DNA from: Paraspadella gotoi
Taxonomy: Eukaryota > Animalia > Chaetognatha
NCBI GenBank assembly: GCA_051294375.1
Contig: CM119268.1
Location: 8,103,468 to 8,167,456, forward strand
DNA length: 63,989 bases
Direction of reading: 5' to 3'
The notes below the pieces were generated by a model, which had not been told where the DNA came from, ran no database searches, and saw only the letters and a list, made by a program, of their open reading frames with translations. Positions 23,401 to 38,900 of the stretch are shown here, in pieces. A program made the position numbers and the translations under genes. The stretch's first letter is position 1. Each line of letters opens with the position of its first letter.

Positions 23401-26400
23401 GCTGCGCGAACGAAGCCGATGCCGTCGGCCACGCCCACCATACCCGAGTCGCCTTCGACGTCGGTCTTCGAATCTGCTCGTGCCTTTTGATTCGGACGCC
23501 AACGATCGAGAGATTGTTGGGGAAAAGAGGGGAAACATCTTCCTCATTTTCCTCTGAAAATTATTCAATGTTTTATTGCATTATTTTTTTTATGTGTAAA
23601 TACCCCCCCAAAAAAAAATTTATTAAAAATTTTGAATGATTTTATTTTTGCTTTTGTGATCTCGTTTAAATTTTTTCGCAAAGTTTTAGAATTAGTAGTT
23701 TTTTTTTCAAATTTATATATTTTTTTTAAACCTAATATATTTTCTCTTATGCCTTAAAATAGTCCGTGTATCTTATGCCAAGGGGCAGAATTTCAATTTC
23801 GTCGCATTGGATATTCTGCTCGGCAATTTTTTCTAAACACATTTTGGACTATTAACGTTTAAAATAATTGATTACAGAAAAAAAAACCATTGCAAAAAAA
23901 AAAAAAAAAAAATATCAGAATAGTGCCGAAAATTATTCTGGATAAAAAGGTTTCCATGTGAAACGGATGTATGATATGAAATTTAACCGACAGTTTTTTC
24001 TTTACGATTAAAATTTGAGACAATCATGTAATACTATATTGTTACCCTTTCGATTTTCTAACTTCTACTACCTTCCAGTAGCGTGGAGCACTCAGGAACA
24101 AAAAATATATTTAAGTGAACAAACAAGGATATTTAGATATGAGAGAATATGATTATCGAATATAAAAAATATTTTGCTGAGATTATTTGGGGAACAGTAT
24201 CATAAAATATAATATATTTATAATAATTTCTTTATAAAATAGTAAATTTTCAAATTATTTTTTTTAAAAAAATTGTTTCAAATTCTAATCATTATAAAAA
24301 GTTATATTAAAAATGAAACATGTTATTATAATTATGTTATCTTCAGTATTAAAAATAAAAAAGGTTAAATTTTTATTTTTTCACGCTCTGTAGTAAAAAC
24401 TTATCTTATGAAGTGTTTTACTCATTTTTTTGCAACTTTAACATAAAAATATCATAAAACATTTTATAAAAGTTTATTTTTTTTGGCGAATCAGAAACCA
24501 TTCTTTAAATTAAAAAACATATTATTTTTAAATTTATGATTTTATAAGGAATATTGCTATAAAGAAAATGCATTATGATTCTGTTATAAATTTTTTTTTA
24601 AAGGAATATTTTTCATTTCATATATAAAGACAGCAAAAAAATTTTTCAATCGCTCAATCTTTTCATCACTCCACCCTACTGCCCAGCCTTTAAACTTGTA
24701 TCTTATTTCAAATAAAATTAACACGAAAATTCATTTCTTTTTATTCTCATTCCATCTCAGTCTGGGACATACTCAGTTCAAGGTTTAAACTTAGAGACGC
24801 CAGCAATAATAACAGTATTAAATCTCTTGATTTTAAATGTCACTTTGCTTTAAAATTCATGAGCTTCACATTTTTAAGATGTTCAGCTAATTGAACGAAT
24901 TGACACTTGACAGTATGGTAAATGCATTTCCCAGTCAAGGTAAAACCATCGGCTCGCGATACAAGATTCTCACATGCGCTTCTGTTAGTTCTTTAATTAA
25001 ATTTATAGATTATTTTTTCCAATTTAGTTTTTACAATCTCGAAGAAATTTACAAAACAAAATTTCCTTAGCCGTAAGACAACCTAGTTGAAAAGACCGTA
25101 AAATTTATAAACGTAATCTTAGCGGTTACTTCGATTGAATTTATTTGTGTAATTGATAAGATTAACTTAATTTTACAAATCTTTCCAACCAATATATATC
25201 GCATGACCATCGCGATACTTCACGTAGTTCCGGTGCTTCGTTGACCCTTTTCCAGTTCTCAACACTCGTGAGTAAGGGTTGGTGTATAATTCATTCTGCG
25301 CGGAAGTAGAATATAGACAAAGACAATTGAAAGAAACTCAGCCCATTTACGAGCGAATTCGAGTCGGCATTTCTTACGCGAAACTGAAGATGATCCAAAC
25401 AAGAAAAAGAGTCCGGAGCAGACGATGCGACGATAGACAGTTGCGAAAATGGCAACTTGCCATTTTCTGCGACGTAGATAAATGATGAAGGCGCGAGCCC
25501 ACACCCAGTTCCGCCGAGGGAAAACAACACGCTCCAGGGATGGTAAGAATTCGTATCTGGAACGAAGTGGTTGATATGTCAAGGCCACAGTTGAGTCTGA
25601 TTGAAATCTCTTGAATCGAGAATGTTATTTGATATATTAAGTGAAAAGTTCTTTTAGAAACTGTTTTTCCTCATTATCTATAAAAAACTTTCACGCGCTC
25701 CGTCCGTCACTTTAACTCACGCCGACGTCAAGCAGATAAAAAGGAGAAAGACTATCATTCCCAAGACGAAGGCGGTGATTGCCAATTTCCTGTTGCAAGT
25801 TTTGTTGGTGATGCATCCATTGCATTCGCCATTGCGATTCCGCCTTTCTTCGCCATTGCGATTTCCCGCCTTCTCCGCCATTGCTAATTCCCGCCTTCTT
25901 CGTCACCCACTTCGTAGCTCTCCTCCTCGTAGGACATCCGTTGTCGACCGGTTTAAAGATAAAAAATGAGAAAAAGGTAAAAAATCATGAGCGGAAAGAT
26001 TTTAGCCTAATCGCGTCTTTTACTCGTGGATTTTTTTAGGTTTTTTTTTGTAATAAACATTTTATATGATTGTACCAATTTCATTACAAACATTCCAACC
26101 GTTTTAGGTCGTTGTCGTTCTTCAAATAGTTATTTTTTTTTTTTATCATAACTTGATGTCCCCAATTTTTGCTCTTTCTTTATTTCTTTCGAGCACTTTT
26201 ACCCCGAGTTATCAAATAGCGGACAATTTAGTAATTCTTCGATTACCTCTTTCGACGATTTATTTTGCATTCTTTAATTCACGACATAATTAAACTTAAA
26301 TTTAACTAGGGACCTCCCAGCCATACTCTTCTCGGTTATCATAGTCTTGGGAGGTTGTCGTCGTCGTCGCAACCCCCTTTTTTTCTTCTCCTCTTCCTCC

Positions 26401-28354
26401 TCCCTTTTTTGGAATGTCTTGCTCGTCTCTGTTTTCTCTGTTGTTCAGCTGTTCGTCGAGTTATGTTTGTTTACATTCGTTTTAGTCATCGTCTTCTTCC
26501 ATTCGTCCCTCTTTTCATCGAAGTTTTTCCTTTCACTTCTTTTCTCGTTTATTTTTCTTTATTTTTTCGGTGAGTTTTCTTTTCATCGTGATTGATGTCG
26601 AGATAAAAAGGCGAGAGTAATTTTAAGATAAGACTTAGGAGAGATTGGGTTAAACGTGAAGTAGTGACTCAGTGAAATATTTTTTTTTCAAATCGGGTTT
26701 TGGTTTCTCTTTTTATTTTTCTACAAAATTGCAGAAATATCTCTTACCAATTTCCATTAATTTTTTTTATTAAGCCGACTTTTATAATATTCACTTCTTA
26801 GATAGAAAATGTTATTTTTTTAAAAAAAAGAATCCGTTTATATTATTCAACCGGTTTACTATTTAGTAAGTGAGGCGACCGGTGGTAAGTCGCCTCATAA
26901 GCAACCTATCTGATCTCTCTCTTAAAATCTTCGATTATCAATTATACAAAGAGAAAGACCTCGGCTCGAACTCGTTATCCTTCATCTAACTTCCACCGTC
27001 TCTACAAAGAAAAAGCACTGGCATCTAATTCGATTAATCGCCGGGAGATGACGAATCGAATGACAAAAAGAACGGGAGATGCGACACTCGCGGCAATGCC
27101 GATACTGTCCATCCGAAGACCAGGCATCTATTAATCGGGATTCATCCGATGCAGGATCGATGATGGGGGGGGGTGGGGTAACGCGGAGCGAACCTCGATT
27201 ACGAAATAGAGTTGACGTAATTATTTTATTATTCGCGCGACCGATCGAACGGTTGCCGCGTAATTAAATATTAATTACTGAGTGACTCACTCCCTTTCGT
27301 CTAGAAAACACTATGCATTACTGCATGAGTCAATCCTTACAGTTACAGACATTCATTGGCCATTAAATCTTTTTTTTTTTCCGTTATACTTTCTATCAAA
27401 TTCATTCGCTTATGGATACCCGATTTTGTTCAATTTCGGTATATAACTTCACACTACTTCATCGTGAATTATATGTTGCGACCCTCCTTTCAATCCTATA
27501 TCGACTGTAAAGTATCGAGTGATTTAATTACTATTAGTATTAACAGCATTATATTAGTCGAAGCAAGTAACTTTTTCTATTTTAAGTATTAGATTTATGT
27601 GTAAATCCTTTCTGTTTTGCTGTTTGTAGATTATAAGACAGTTTAATTATTTTGAAACAACAATTTATTATTAAAAGACGAACATGTTTCGCGCTGATGA
27701 AGGCTCGAATTCCAGCCGAAACAAGTTCGTCTTTCAATAATAAATTGTTGTTGCAAATATTTAAAACTGTCTTATAAAAGTATTAGATTTTATTTATAAA
27801 AATATATATTATAAATTCTATATTTTTTATTTTTATTATTATTATATTTATATTATATAAATTTAGGTTTTTGATAATCAATTTAAAAGAATATAATATT
27901 ATTAATGGAGAGGTGTGTCTAGGGTTGTCTTCTCGAAATAGAAGAGCATCTATACAACACAATGTTATATTACTTCCTTTTCCTATTCCTTATTACTTCA
28001 CTAATTGTAATTCCCCTACATTCGCGTTCCTGGATTCCTCTCGCCCGCATCCAAACTCGGCGGGCGGCGAAAGTTTTGTTTTTTCCCGACAACAAAAATA
28101 CAGTTCGTTCCTCTTTAAATTCATTTTTTTTCGGCGAGAAGAAAGATAAAGAGAAAAGAAGTGAAAGGATTGCGAGATAAGGATGAAGAAAAAGAAGACA
28201 AAAAAGAAAAAAAAAAGAAAAAACACAAAAGTGAATTATTATTTTGCTGCTGTTGACGGGAACGACTTCTCATTCCTACATAACGAAACCCAAAAAAAGC
28301 TACCGAGTTTCTCATCTCTCTCTTTCTCTCTCTCTCTCCTCTTCTCTCTTTCTC

Positions 28355-28420
<66 letters not shown>

Positions 28421-28645
28421 CCGCTCCCAGCTCTGGAAAAATAAATTAATCACCTCATTTCAGCATCAACCTCGCTTCAAACTTTACTGATAAAATATAT
28501 GTTTAATATTGTTATTGTTTATTGCTTTAATATCTATCTATCTATCTCTCTCCCTCTCTATCTCTTTCTTTCTCTCTAAAAGCTCTGAAAAAGTAAATTA
28601 ATTGCTGAATGCAGAGTGCGTACGTTCAGCGTCAAACATCGTTTT

Positions 28646-28723
<78 letters not shown>

Positions 28724-30080
28724 ACCTCATTTCGAACTTTCGACCTCCGTCGAATTCAAGAGATACGAAAAGGCTCTCATCCTTTTTTGATTTACGGGAT
28801 AACGAGTCCCGACTCGAAACCGACGTTTTTTGCCGACTTTTTCTTGCCGACAACTTCGCCGACGTCTGCCTCGCCGGCGTTCATTTATTTTTATAACGCA
28901 GAAATCAGGTTCCTGGATATCGTCCATCTTCCTAAGCAAAAATTATCGTTTAAAAAAGAAATCATTAAAAAAACCGCGGATGAAGAAAAAAAAAATAGTG
29001 ATGAAACTTTTAAAAGTTTTAGCGCACGCTTATTCCGGTCAGGTTGTCGTTTTAATCATCCTTCATTAGCCGAAAATTTAAAAAAAAACCAACGTCCTAA
29101 AATTTTTGCGAGAAACGAGCGATGGTATTTTTCTCTCATGTAAAGATTGCTGCGAATAATTATTGTCGAGTATTGCTACGGTGACACTCACTGTTTTCGT
29201 CATGTTCGTTGTCATGTTTCGTTTTTCAGGTTCTTTTTCAGTTTCTTCATTAAGGTCAAACCTTTCATTGGCTTAAACATTTGTCTATTTTAGAAACAGT
29301 CCTCGCTGACTCGCTGACTCGCTGACTCCGACGAGATCGACCTTCTTTCGCAAAGTCGTCGTCGTCGTCGTCGTCTTCGTCGTCACCATCTTTCGTGATA
29401 AGCGCCAGCCGTCGACGAAAGGTTTGACGTCTACGAGGCTACCGGTCTAGAATCGACGAAGGCGTTGATAAGATCGTCCTTCAGCGATCGACGCATCCTC
29501 ATGGGAAATTTCCATCGGAGCCCACGATGGTGTTAGAATCGATCGTCCAGATTGCCTTCGGGTTTTCTCATCGAATCTTCAGCGAGATTCCTTCAAGCTG
29601 GTCGTGAGCAGCAGAAAGCTTTTTTAAAAGATTTCTTCTTTGAGTTTATAATTGATCATATTTCCTAAATGATCTTTGCGGACAAGACCCATAAACGAAC
29701 TCTTGCCCGCCTTGCCTGCTCCCCAGTCCCCAGTTGAAATCCTAGGGGTTGCGAAACCCCGGATCGATTTGGACCTCCCACAAATTGTATTTTACTCTTG
29801 GATTTTTTTGTTTCCCCGAGCCATTTCAAGGATTTCCGGAATACGGACGACTACGATGACGACGACGTCGACAATGCACGACCATGACAACGACCATTGG
29901 CGGTATTATGATGACAATGATGATGACGACCACCGGTAATTTGATGAAGACGTTGACGAAGATGATGGCGACGACGGACGACTAAGTAGCGGACGATGAT
30001 GATGAGGACGACTATGATGTTATCGACGATCTTTCTCTGACTGTCTGTCTGCGCTCGTATCATTCCCCCCCTCTCTTCTC
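20324..30080 (+). repeat. Tandem duplicate of ~10796-20298 (partial eIF4B, membrane-protein gene, hammerhead foldback), frameshifted throughout; probable noisy long-read gap fill
   Basis: It begins right after the N gap at 20299-20323 and is colinear with copy 1. Differences are mostly 1-nt indels and homopolymer changes, spread through exons and introns alike. Confidence 0.9.
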
Positions 30081-30409
30081 TCGTCTGCCTCTCTCCGTCT
30101 GCCCTCTTCTCTCTCTTTTCTTTTTTATTTTTATGAATTACTTTTCCCGTCCTCTTCTGAGTTTTTTTCCTTTCACTATTCTCTTTTTCTCCCACAATTT
30201 TTTGTTCCACATTTCAGATTTTACATTCTTCTCACACTTTTTCAATCTTTTTTTCTTTTCTTCCTTTGTCTTTCTTTTTTTCTTCTGTTTTCTCTCTCTT
30301 CTTTCTATTTCGCTCTCTTCTTTCTTCTTCCTCTTCTATTCTGTTTGAGGTAGTCGAATCATAGTCGAATAAGGGCTCTGACTCTAATAGCTCGCATTCC
30401 CTCTCATCC

Positions 30410-30440
<31 letters not shown>

Positions 30441-32084
30441 TCACTTTTCGTAGTACTTCTCATCATCACCTCCCCGATCTCCTTTTCTCCCGAAATCGTT
30501 TTTTTTAACGATTAAAAATTCTTAACCTCGCGAGCGTCGTTAACGAAGAACTATACACGCGTAAGTGCGAAAGTCAAAAGTCAACTTTTTTTCAGAATTT
30601 TTTTTTTTCTGCCGGAAGAGAACAAAAAAAATTGTCTCTGCTGAATTTTTGTTCTCCGCCAAAAATAATTGAATTTGCTAAAAGTGAAGAAAGTTTGTGA
30701 GAGAGAAAAATTGTTGCGGCTTTTTTTTTTCCCCGAAAACGAAACAATTTGAACGGAGTCGAAAACATTTCACGAGTTTTAATGAATACCGATGAGAAAA
30801 TTTCACGATTTTTTAGCAAATTCTTTTTTTTTTTATTAAAAATAAAAACCGGGAAATAAAGCTTCAACAGTTTTTTCACAATTTATTTTTAACGACCTAG
30901 TAGTATGTCGAAAATCCAGCTTGCCGTATTTTGCTCGGACTTGCCCTACTTCGATCTTCGCCTCAAAACTCCGTGACTCTAAAAAAAAGGAAGTTTTCCC
31001 AAAGCGTCGTCCGCTCCGCAGCCGTCACCGCCGTCACTCCGATTCTAATCCGTTTCTTCCGTCCGGCCGACCCGGACAGAAGTGGCCAGTCAGTCGTTCG
31101 GACGAATTAATTTCGACGGAAGTATAAAAAAAAAAAAAAAGTCGTGTTTCGATCCGCTTTACCGGAATCCAGTGACCACGGGCTGACCCTGACGAGTGAC
31201 GAGCCTTTTCACTGAACAATTACGGAATTTATAGTCAAAATTTGATTCGCTGGAGTTCTCTGTTTATGTTTGATTCAAAAGGGGGCGGAGGAGTAGGGAA
31301 GTGAACGACGCGCTTTGGAATAACCCGAGTTTCGAATTTATTCTCTGATTCCTTTTTTTTTTTTTTTTTTTTGAGTCGAACGCTGCGGGTTTCGAGTTTC
31401 GCTTTTGGCCAAGGGTGGGGTATTGGGGAATTTTGATAGAAGAAGCGTGCGAATTATTTTTAGGGTGGGCCGGGGGTTGGGGAGTCCGTGAGGTGGAGCG
31501 AAAGGGTGGGTGAGGGAAAGCTTGTTCGGGGAAGGGTTACTTTCTGAAGTGTTACTTTCTGAAGGGGACTGGCTCGAAAGGGGATTTTAAAAATCTGGAT
31601 ACCTTTTTTTCGAATTCATAAAAAAAGGGGGTTTTAAAATTGTAAGAAGCAAATTGGATTAAAATTTTTTAGAAACAGTCCTTAGAGAATTAGAGGTAGC
31701 GAGTCGTGAAATTTTAGGAATGAATATATCGGGATTATAAACAAGGATCGCGAATTCCCTGAGCCTTGGGTCGGAGTCTTTCAGTTTTCAGTGAGATCAT
31801 TGAATCTCCGCGCTGTGATTTCGCTTAAGGCGACTCTGTTCCATCGGAAGCGAACTTTTTTTCTTTCCATCTTTCCGTCGCAAAAACCTCGTCACATTCC
31901 TCACATAATTTGCTTTCGTTTTTTGTGTTTCTGTTTCTTTTTCTTTCTTTTTTTGGTTCCTTTTTTTTCATGTTTTGTTACCGAATTTGTGACGCGTTAA
32001 ATAAATGAGGAAGGGGATGAAAGGAAGGGATGAAGAGCTAAGGAAAAATATGAGAAAAACTTCCTTATTTTGCTTTCCTATTGA

Positions 32085-32146
<62 letters not shown>

Positions 32147-32254
32147 CCTCCTCTTCTCCTCCTTTTTCTCTCTTTTTTATTTCTTCTCTCTCTTTAGTCT
32201 CTCGTCCTTATTCTATTTAACTTTTTTTCTTCTTTCTTATCTTTCTTTCTTTCT

Positions 32255-32302
<48 letters not shown>

Positions 32303-32882
32303 TTTTTTTCTTTCTTCTCTTTCTTTCTTATCTCTTCCACGCATTCTCCATCTACTCTTAACTAAGACGCCTCACTTTTTCATCCTTTTAGACGACGCCT
32401 CCACCGACGCTACTGACGCCATCTCCACCGCCGCCCTTAATAGAATTTAATATTGTCGGGCAATCCCTCGGGGTGATGGGGAGCGAGTCCTTTCTCCCCC
32501 TAGGACTTCGGCGATGAAATGGATCCCGGGGTGTTAGGTACTCATTTGCAGCTCCAGGGGAGGCGAGAGTGACGTTGGACGTTTCAACTGTGAACATTTT
32601 TTTTCCAACTGAAAACAACAATTAAAAACTAAAAACCCAAAAAACATTGTTCTTGAAGACCACAAGAAGATCGCGTGATAAAAAGATATAGTTTTATATA
32701 TCTATCGATTTTTTCGCTTTTTCTTAATTTTCTTTAGTTTCGATTTTTGTATAAAAAAAAAACCAATAAAGAAAGAAAATATTTTCGAGTTCACATATTG
32801 GTCGTAATCTCTTCTCTCCTCTCTCTCTCCTCTCTCGTCCTCCTCATCTCTCTCTCTCTGCTCTCCGTCCTCTCTCTCTTCT

Positions 32883-32915
<33 letters not shown>

Positions 32916-33199
32916 GTCTCTCTCTCCTCCCTCTCGTTTCGGACGAAGTCAATTCCTCCCGCAAAATGCGAACCAAGATGAAACGTCTGTGAATAATCTG
33001 TGAATTTCGGAAGAGATCAAACGCCAGCTCAACGCGCAATATCTAAAAAAAAAAAATAACAAATTTCGGCAACTAACTTCGCAGCGATTTTTCGAGCCGC
33101 AGCAATCTTTAATGCCGCAGACAAAACAGCATCGATAAGCGAAAGAAAAAAAAACATCACGGTCTCCGTCCAAAAAAAAAAGAGAAGACGACGACGAAA

Positions 33200-34626
33200 A
33201 TGACGAATCGTTTTCTGGAAAGTTCAAAGTTTTCAATTTTTATTTTCTCGCTCTTTCTTTTATCAGGTCAGTAAAATCGGCGTCGGCTTTCTCAGACTTT
33301 CTTTTACTTTCTTTTTGTTTCTGTTCGATCCAGCACCGTCTCCTAGCTGTGACGGATGGTTGGGGGGGTTTGCAGACAGAAAACTAACAATTTCTATTTT
33401 TTCAGAAGTCGTAATAAACCGAGCCGACTGTTTAGTGTTTCAAATTTAAAGGTTTTGGCGTCATGCTATTTTAAAATTGTTAAAAATGTAACTGGCAAAA
33501 AATACTTTCCGATTTATTGACGAAAAATTGTCGGTTATTTCACTGATTTTTTTGGTACATATAATCCGTGTCTGTGACTAAACGGTATTTGATTGTTTCT
33601 GTATCTTTAAAAAAAACAACCAGACGCGAATGCCAATTCTAACGACTCCTCGGCGATCGAATACAAAACTGAGGTAAACAAACAATAAAAAAAACATTGA
33701 CCAGTTTTTAGTGAACTTAGGCTAAGAAAACTACAAGCACTCGCTGGGATATCCTCAATTACCGCGTAATGTAACCTTGTCAAAACATTTGGCAGATTCG
33801 TTTTTGTTCTCTTGAAAAGTAAACACATTTAGAAAGGGAACGAAAGAAACTGTATCCCATTCCAAGATATATTTCCCGATAATTGAATAGAGGAGAATCC
33901 TTTGGATGAACTCAAGAATACAACCTACGGAAAAAATATTAATTTGATGATTAACCTTCGTTACAAAAAAAATGACGATGGCCAATTAAATTTTGGAAGA
34001 CTATCTTAATCTCCCGTTGTTCTTTTGTTTTTCAGACGATGAACATTTGCGAATCACGGAACAAAAGTTTGATATCGCGACCGACAGAGGGTCAAATATT
34101 TTCCCCCGAATATCCAAACGGCCTCCCATATCACGTACGTCACCTAAGATGGTTTAGGTTAATGTTTAGGTTAAAGTTCTCCAACCATGATGCGAAATAG
34201 TAATTGATAAAGATCGTAGTACATACAGAAATTGGTACAACCAATATACAAATTATCCATTCATTTAATAAATAAGTTATCTTGCCCTTGGCTTTGGATA
34301 AGCTTTGGACAAGCTTTGGACAGGCTTAAGGCCTCCATCACTCTTACAAGATAATGATATAGCAGGTCCCTGCAAGCTTTCAATCAAGACTCTCTGTCTG
34401 TGTAAAAACCTTAAATTGTTTGTGACAAGATTTAATCTTTTGTCATCTAACTATTCGTATTTGTGATAAAAAATATTCTCGCATCTAACTTCTCATCTTT
34501 GTGACAGGAGATCTTCTGTCACCACGATTTCTCTTTTTCGCCGAATTTGAATCTCGTTTTCGACTTCGAAGAAATTTTTCTGGGCGACGACTCGAGGAGG
34601 AGTGGAAGACCGTGCCATGATCAGGT

Positions 34627-34683
<57 letters not shown>

Positions 34684-35898
34684 CAAAATATTCTGACCAC
34701 GCAGGATCACATTCACGTGTTGAGCGTCCGTAACGGCACTTACCAAAGTCTCGGCTTTTACTGCGCTTCTCGAAAGGACTGGGACAGATGCTTAAAGGTA
34801 GGGAATGAAGTCAAGAAGGAACCTGGTCATCCCTCACCATAACCGTCCCATCCTACTCCTCCCAGGTGCCCCCGGGATCTTCTTGGGTCCAAATCCAGTT
34901 TTACGCTCGCAACAAATCGACGCCTCAATTCGGCGCCGCAGAAATCCCCAATCGATTCTCCTTTAAAATCGGATTCAAAGTCGACAACGACACGGCTTGC
35001 CCGCAGCGCTTCGTACTCACCGAACTCATCGGTAAGTCGTAGGCAGAGTGGGGATATGTTGATGGAAGAAGGGCCGTCGCTTGTCTATTCGGGAAAGGAT
35101 TGGCACATATTTGTAACTCGTTGGTTGATGAGATTCGTAAAAAAAAAATTGGGCTCTACTTCTAAGGTGAGGGAGTTAATTACAGGTCACCGTTTTCATC
35201 TGATCGACTTCGGAAGTCCAAAAGCTTAATGTATCTTTTTCTGCCAGCGTCGATAACCTTGATTTTAAAACGCGTTCCAGGTGTGGTTTCACTAAGGTTT
35301 GATAAAGTGTTATGATTAAATATAAGTGTTATTGCAGTGGAATGCTCGTTGCTGATTGTTGACGGGTTTTATTTGGCAACAGTGGTGTAATTCGCTTCTT
35401 TCTCGTTGGCAGTAAATGTAAAAAGTCTAAACAACGAAAAACAGATTTTCCTCCTCGAAAATCCTTGTGTTTTTTTTTTCTTCTATTTTTTCAGTCTGGG
35501 CTTCCGGGACGGTCTTCGTCGTCGTCGTCTTTCTCGTCGTCCCTTTCGTCGTCGTCACCTGCAAACAAAGATGCTCAAAGAAAAACAAGGATCCGAAGAA
35601 ACAGATACTCAGGTTTTTTTCGGGGAGTTAGCGGGGGAAAAAATGGGTGAAAATAATATTATTGGATTTCATTTCAAAATATCGTATAATTTTAAGGTTT
35701 AAGGTTTAAGGTTTAAGGTTTAAAAAATAATAAAAAAATTAAATTTCGACAGGCTAAACAAAGGCTCCTGTGAACTGTTTTGAAAAAAAAAAGACCCAAA
35801 TTTTTTCTCTCTTTAGATGGGTGTCAAAACGGTTACTTAAGGTGTGGGTATTTTTTTCGCAAATAAGAGTGAGATAAGGTGAAAGAAAGAAAGAAAAA

Positions 35899-35946
<48 letters not shown>

Positions 35947-35952
35947 AATATT

Positions 35953-35993
<41 letters not shown>

Positions 35994-38900
35994 GATTTTT
36001 TTGCCAAATAAATTAATTCAAAAATCGTCCCTTACATTAGATTTAACTTAGTTAAAACAACTTTTCTCCCCACATCGAATTTCCAAAGATAAGATAAGAT
36101 AAACAAACAAAAAAAATTGGCATTCGAAACCAATAGTACGAGACAGTAATTCGAGCTGATAAGATTTCAGTCAGAAAAAAAAAATGTATCCTTTCTCACG
36201 AGTTTCCTCTTTTCACTTCTCAGTCCCAGCAACGCCGTCTTGGAATCAGACGCTTACGCCCACGGGGTCGGATATGACCCTTCACGCCCTACCCTCTTCC
36301 CCACCGCCCCTGACGACCGCCCCGCCGCTCCGTTCGATTCTCCGCCCGATACCCCGCCCGACACGCCGCCCGCCTCCACGCCCATCTTTCTGCCCGTCAA
36401 CGATTCGCCGTTCTCGTTGCCCGCCGCCGTTTACCCGACTCCTTCCGGCCGGCGAAGGATCGTCCAATCGGAGCTCACCGACGAGAAAAACTTGCCGATT
36501 TTCTTCACGAATCTGGCCAATCGGAAGCCGGAGAGGCCGGCGACGACGGTCACGCCGACGTTAGCGAACGGCGACGGTTTTCCCGACGTCGTGGGAGCGG
36601 ACAAAAGAGCAGTCTCCCTCGGCGAGAGAGAGATGTCGTCTCGGTCTGGGGATAAGGAAGGAATAAACCGACAGAAGAACAACCATCCCACCGCTCGGTG
36701 AGTGAAATATAAAATTTGGTTTTAAAACAATAATATTATTAAGTCCACTGTTTCAAATAAAGACTCTATATGAGCCGGAATTTTTTTTCCTTAAATTTAT
36801 TGTATAATATTGTATCTATTGTACATTATAAATACTTGTATAAAACTATATAAAACATATAAAAAACGAATTATCGTTACTGCAGCCCGGTGACATCCGC
36901 CTCCAACGACATAGAATACGCGGATCCCAGCTATGTCTTTCATAATCAACCCTATCCCAAGCACAAGAGGGACTCCTTCCTTTTTTCTCAAGGTACCAAC
37001 TAAAGTCGGATTGTAATCATAGATAATCTAGTGCAAAAAAATCGCGCCACTTTATTTCAGACTTTAAAAATAACCATATTTACTTGAATTTTTTAAAATA
37101 TTTTTAAAGTAATTTAGATTCTATTAAAAAATAATAAGTTGGGCATAATTTTTTTTTTTAAATCGGGCCATCCATTTAGCAGCAGTGATTTTTTAAAATG
37201 ATGTATTTTACCGCAAAGCTGAATGTGAAAAAATCTGATAGATTTAAGACTAATTTTTTTTATATTTTGCATTCTTTGTACTACAAAGAATGCAAAATAT
37301 AAAAAAAATTAAAAAATCTTAAATCTACAAATTGTAGTCGATTAAAAATTAAAAAAATATTACGCTGGATATCTGGAAAGAAAGCTGGATAACTGGATTA
37401 CCCCAGATCAATAAATAATGATCTTATTGAAACATACGATGAAAGACAGGTCAATGATTATGAACAGGGATGTGGAGCCGACCTAATTTTGTCTCGGCTC
37501 CGGCTTCGGCTCCAGCTCCAGGCCAAATTTTTTTCCGGCTCCAGCTCCGGCTCCGGCTCCAAGCAAAATTTTTTTTCGGCTCCGGCTCCGGCTCCGGCTC
37601 CAGCAAAAATTTCAACTCGGCTGCCGGCTCCGGCTCCAACTCCGGCTCTATTACTATATATATAATTAAAATTAAGAAATTAAATATTCATAATATATTT
37701 TTTTAAATTATATAATTTATATTTTTATTATAATTAATATTTATTTATATTATAATATATAATATATTTTAATATTAGAAAATATATTTATATAATTAAA
37801 ATTATATTTAAAAATATTAAAATAATAAGCAAAATATTTTTTTATTTTTTTGGTGACATCCTCACTTTTTGGTAATTTAATTGTAAATTATATTTAGCAT
37901 TCTCATTATGGTGATTTTACTTAATACTCAGATTATGGTTAAGGTTAGGGTTGAGATAGTTTAAGGTTAGATTAGGTTGAGTTGGTTGTTTATGGTTAAG
38001 GTTGAGTTGGTAATAATTAGGGTTAGGGTTTAGTAATTTAGGTTAGCTTAAAGTTAAGTAGTTTAAGGTTATGGTTAGGGTTAATGTCAATTTTAAGGTA
38101 AAATTTTAAACAAAAAGCCGGCATTAGGGTTAAGGAAGGTACTGGCAATGGATATTAGGGAATAAAGGTTGAGGTACGAATATATAAAGGGTAGCCCGGT
38201 CCTGGGTTAAGGTTAGGGTTAGGAGGAGGCATGAAGTTGAATGGGAGGCCTGGGTTAGGGTAGGGGGAGAGGCTTACTGTTGATGCACAAAGGCGGATAG
38301 GGTTAGGGTTAAGGCACAGAGATATATGGGAAGCCCAGGCCCGAGTTAGGGTTAGATTTGGGAGAAAAGCATGGAGTGAACGAGAGGCTCGGGTTAGGGG
38401 AAAAGCCCATGGTTGATGCATCAAAGGCAGTTAGTTTGGGTTTAGGCACAGAGATGTACTGGAGGCCAGGGTCTGGGTTAGCATTAGGGGAGAGGAATGG
38501 AGTTTTACAAGAGGCCCGGGTAAGGGTTAGGGTTAGGAAAGACACAGTTAGCGAGTCGAAGGTGGTTAGGGTTGAGGCATGAGAAATGTATGGGAGGCCT
38601 AGACCTGGGTTAGGGTAGGGGAAAGGCATGGAGATGTACGGGAAACTTGGGTTAGTGTTAGTTTTGAGGGAAGAGCCCGCAGGTGATGTATTTATCCCCA
38701 TGTCTCAACTTCAAATTGTCATTTGCAAACTTGTGAAGATATTTTTAATCTGAAAGATTTTTTCTTATAGTAAAAACCTAAAACATTTATATATCCAAAT
38801 TTTATATTCATTGGTTATGATTTGACTTGATATAGACCAGGAAAAAGTTGCTTTAAAATTGTCTTTCATTTTAAAACAAACCTTTTTTTTCAATTTTATA

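Noticed and set aside
22304-23568. Second eIF4B gene or programmed frameshifting
   Set aside because: It lacks exons 1-3, and its indel pattern matches the noisy duplicate.
30232-30444. Poly-Glu ORF on the minus strand
   Set aside because: Built on a (CCT)n repeat, with a non-ATG start and no convincing splice partners.
37451-37706. EPEPEP / APAPAP ORFs (also 42981-43222)
   Set aside because: Translations of the GGCTCC subterminal repeats of the hAT-type element.
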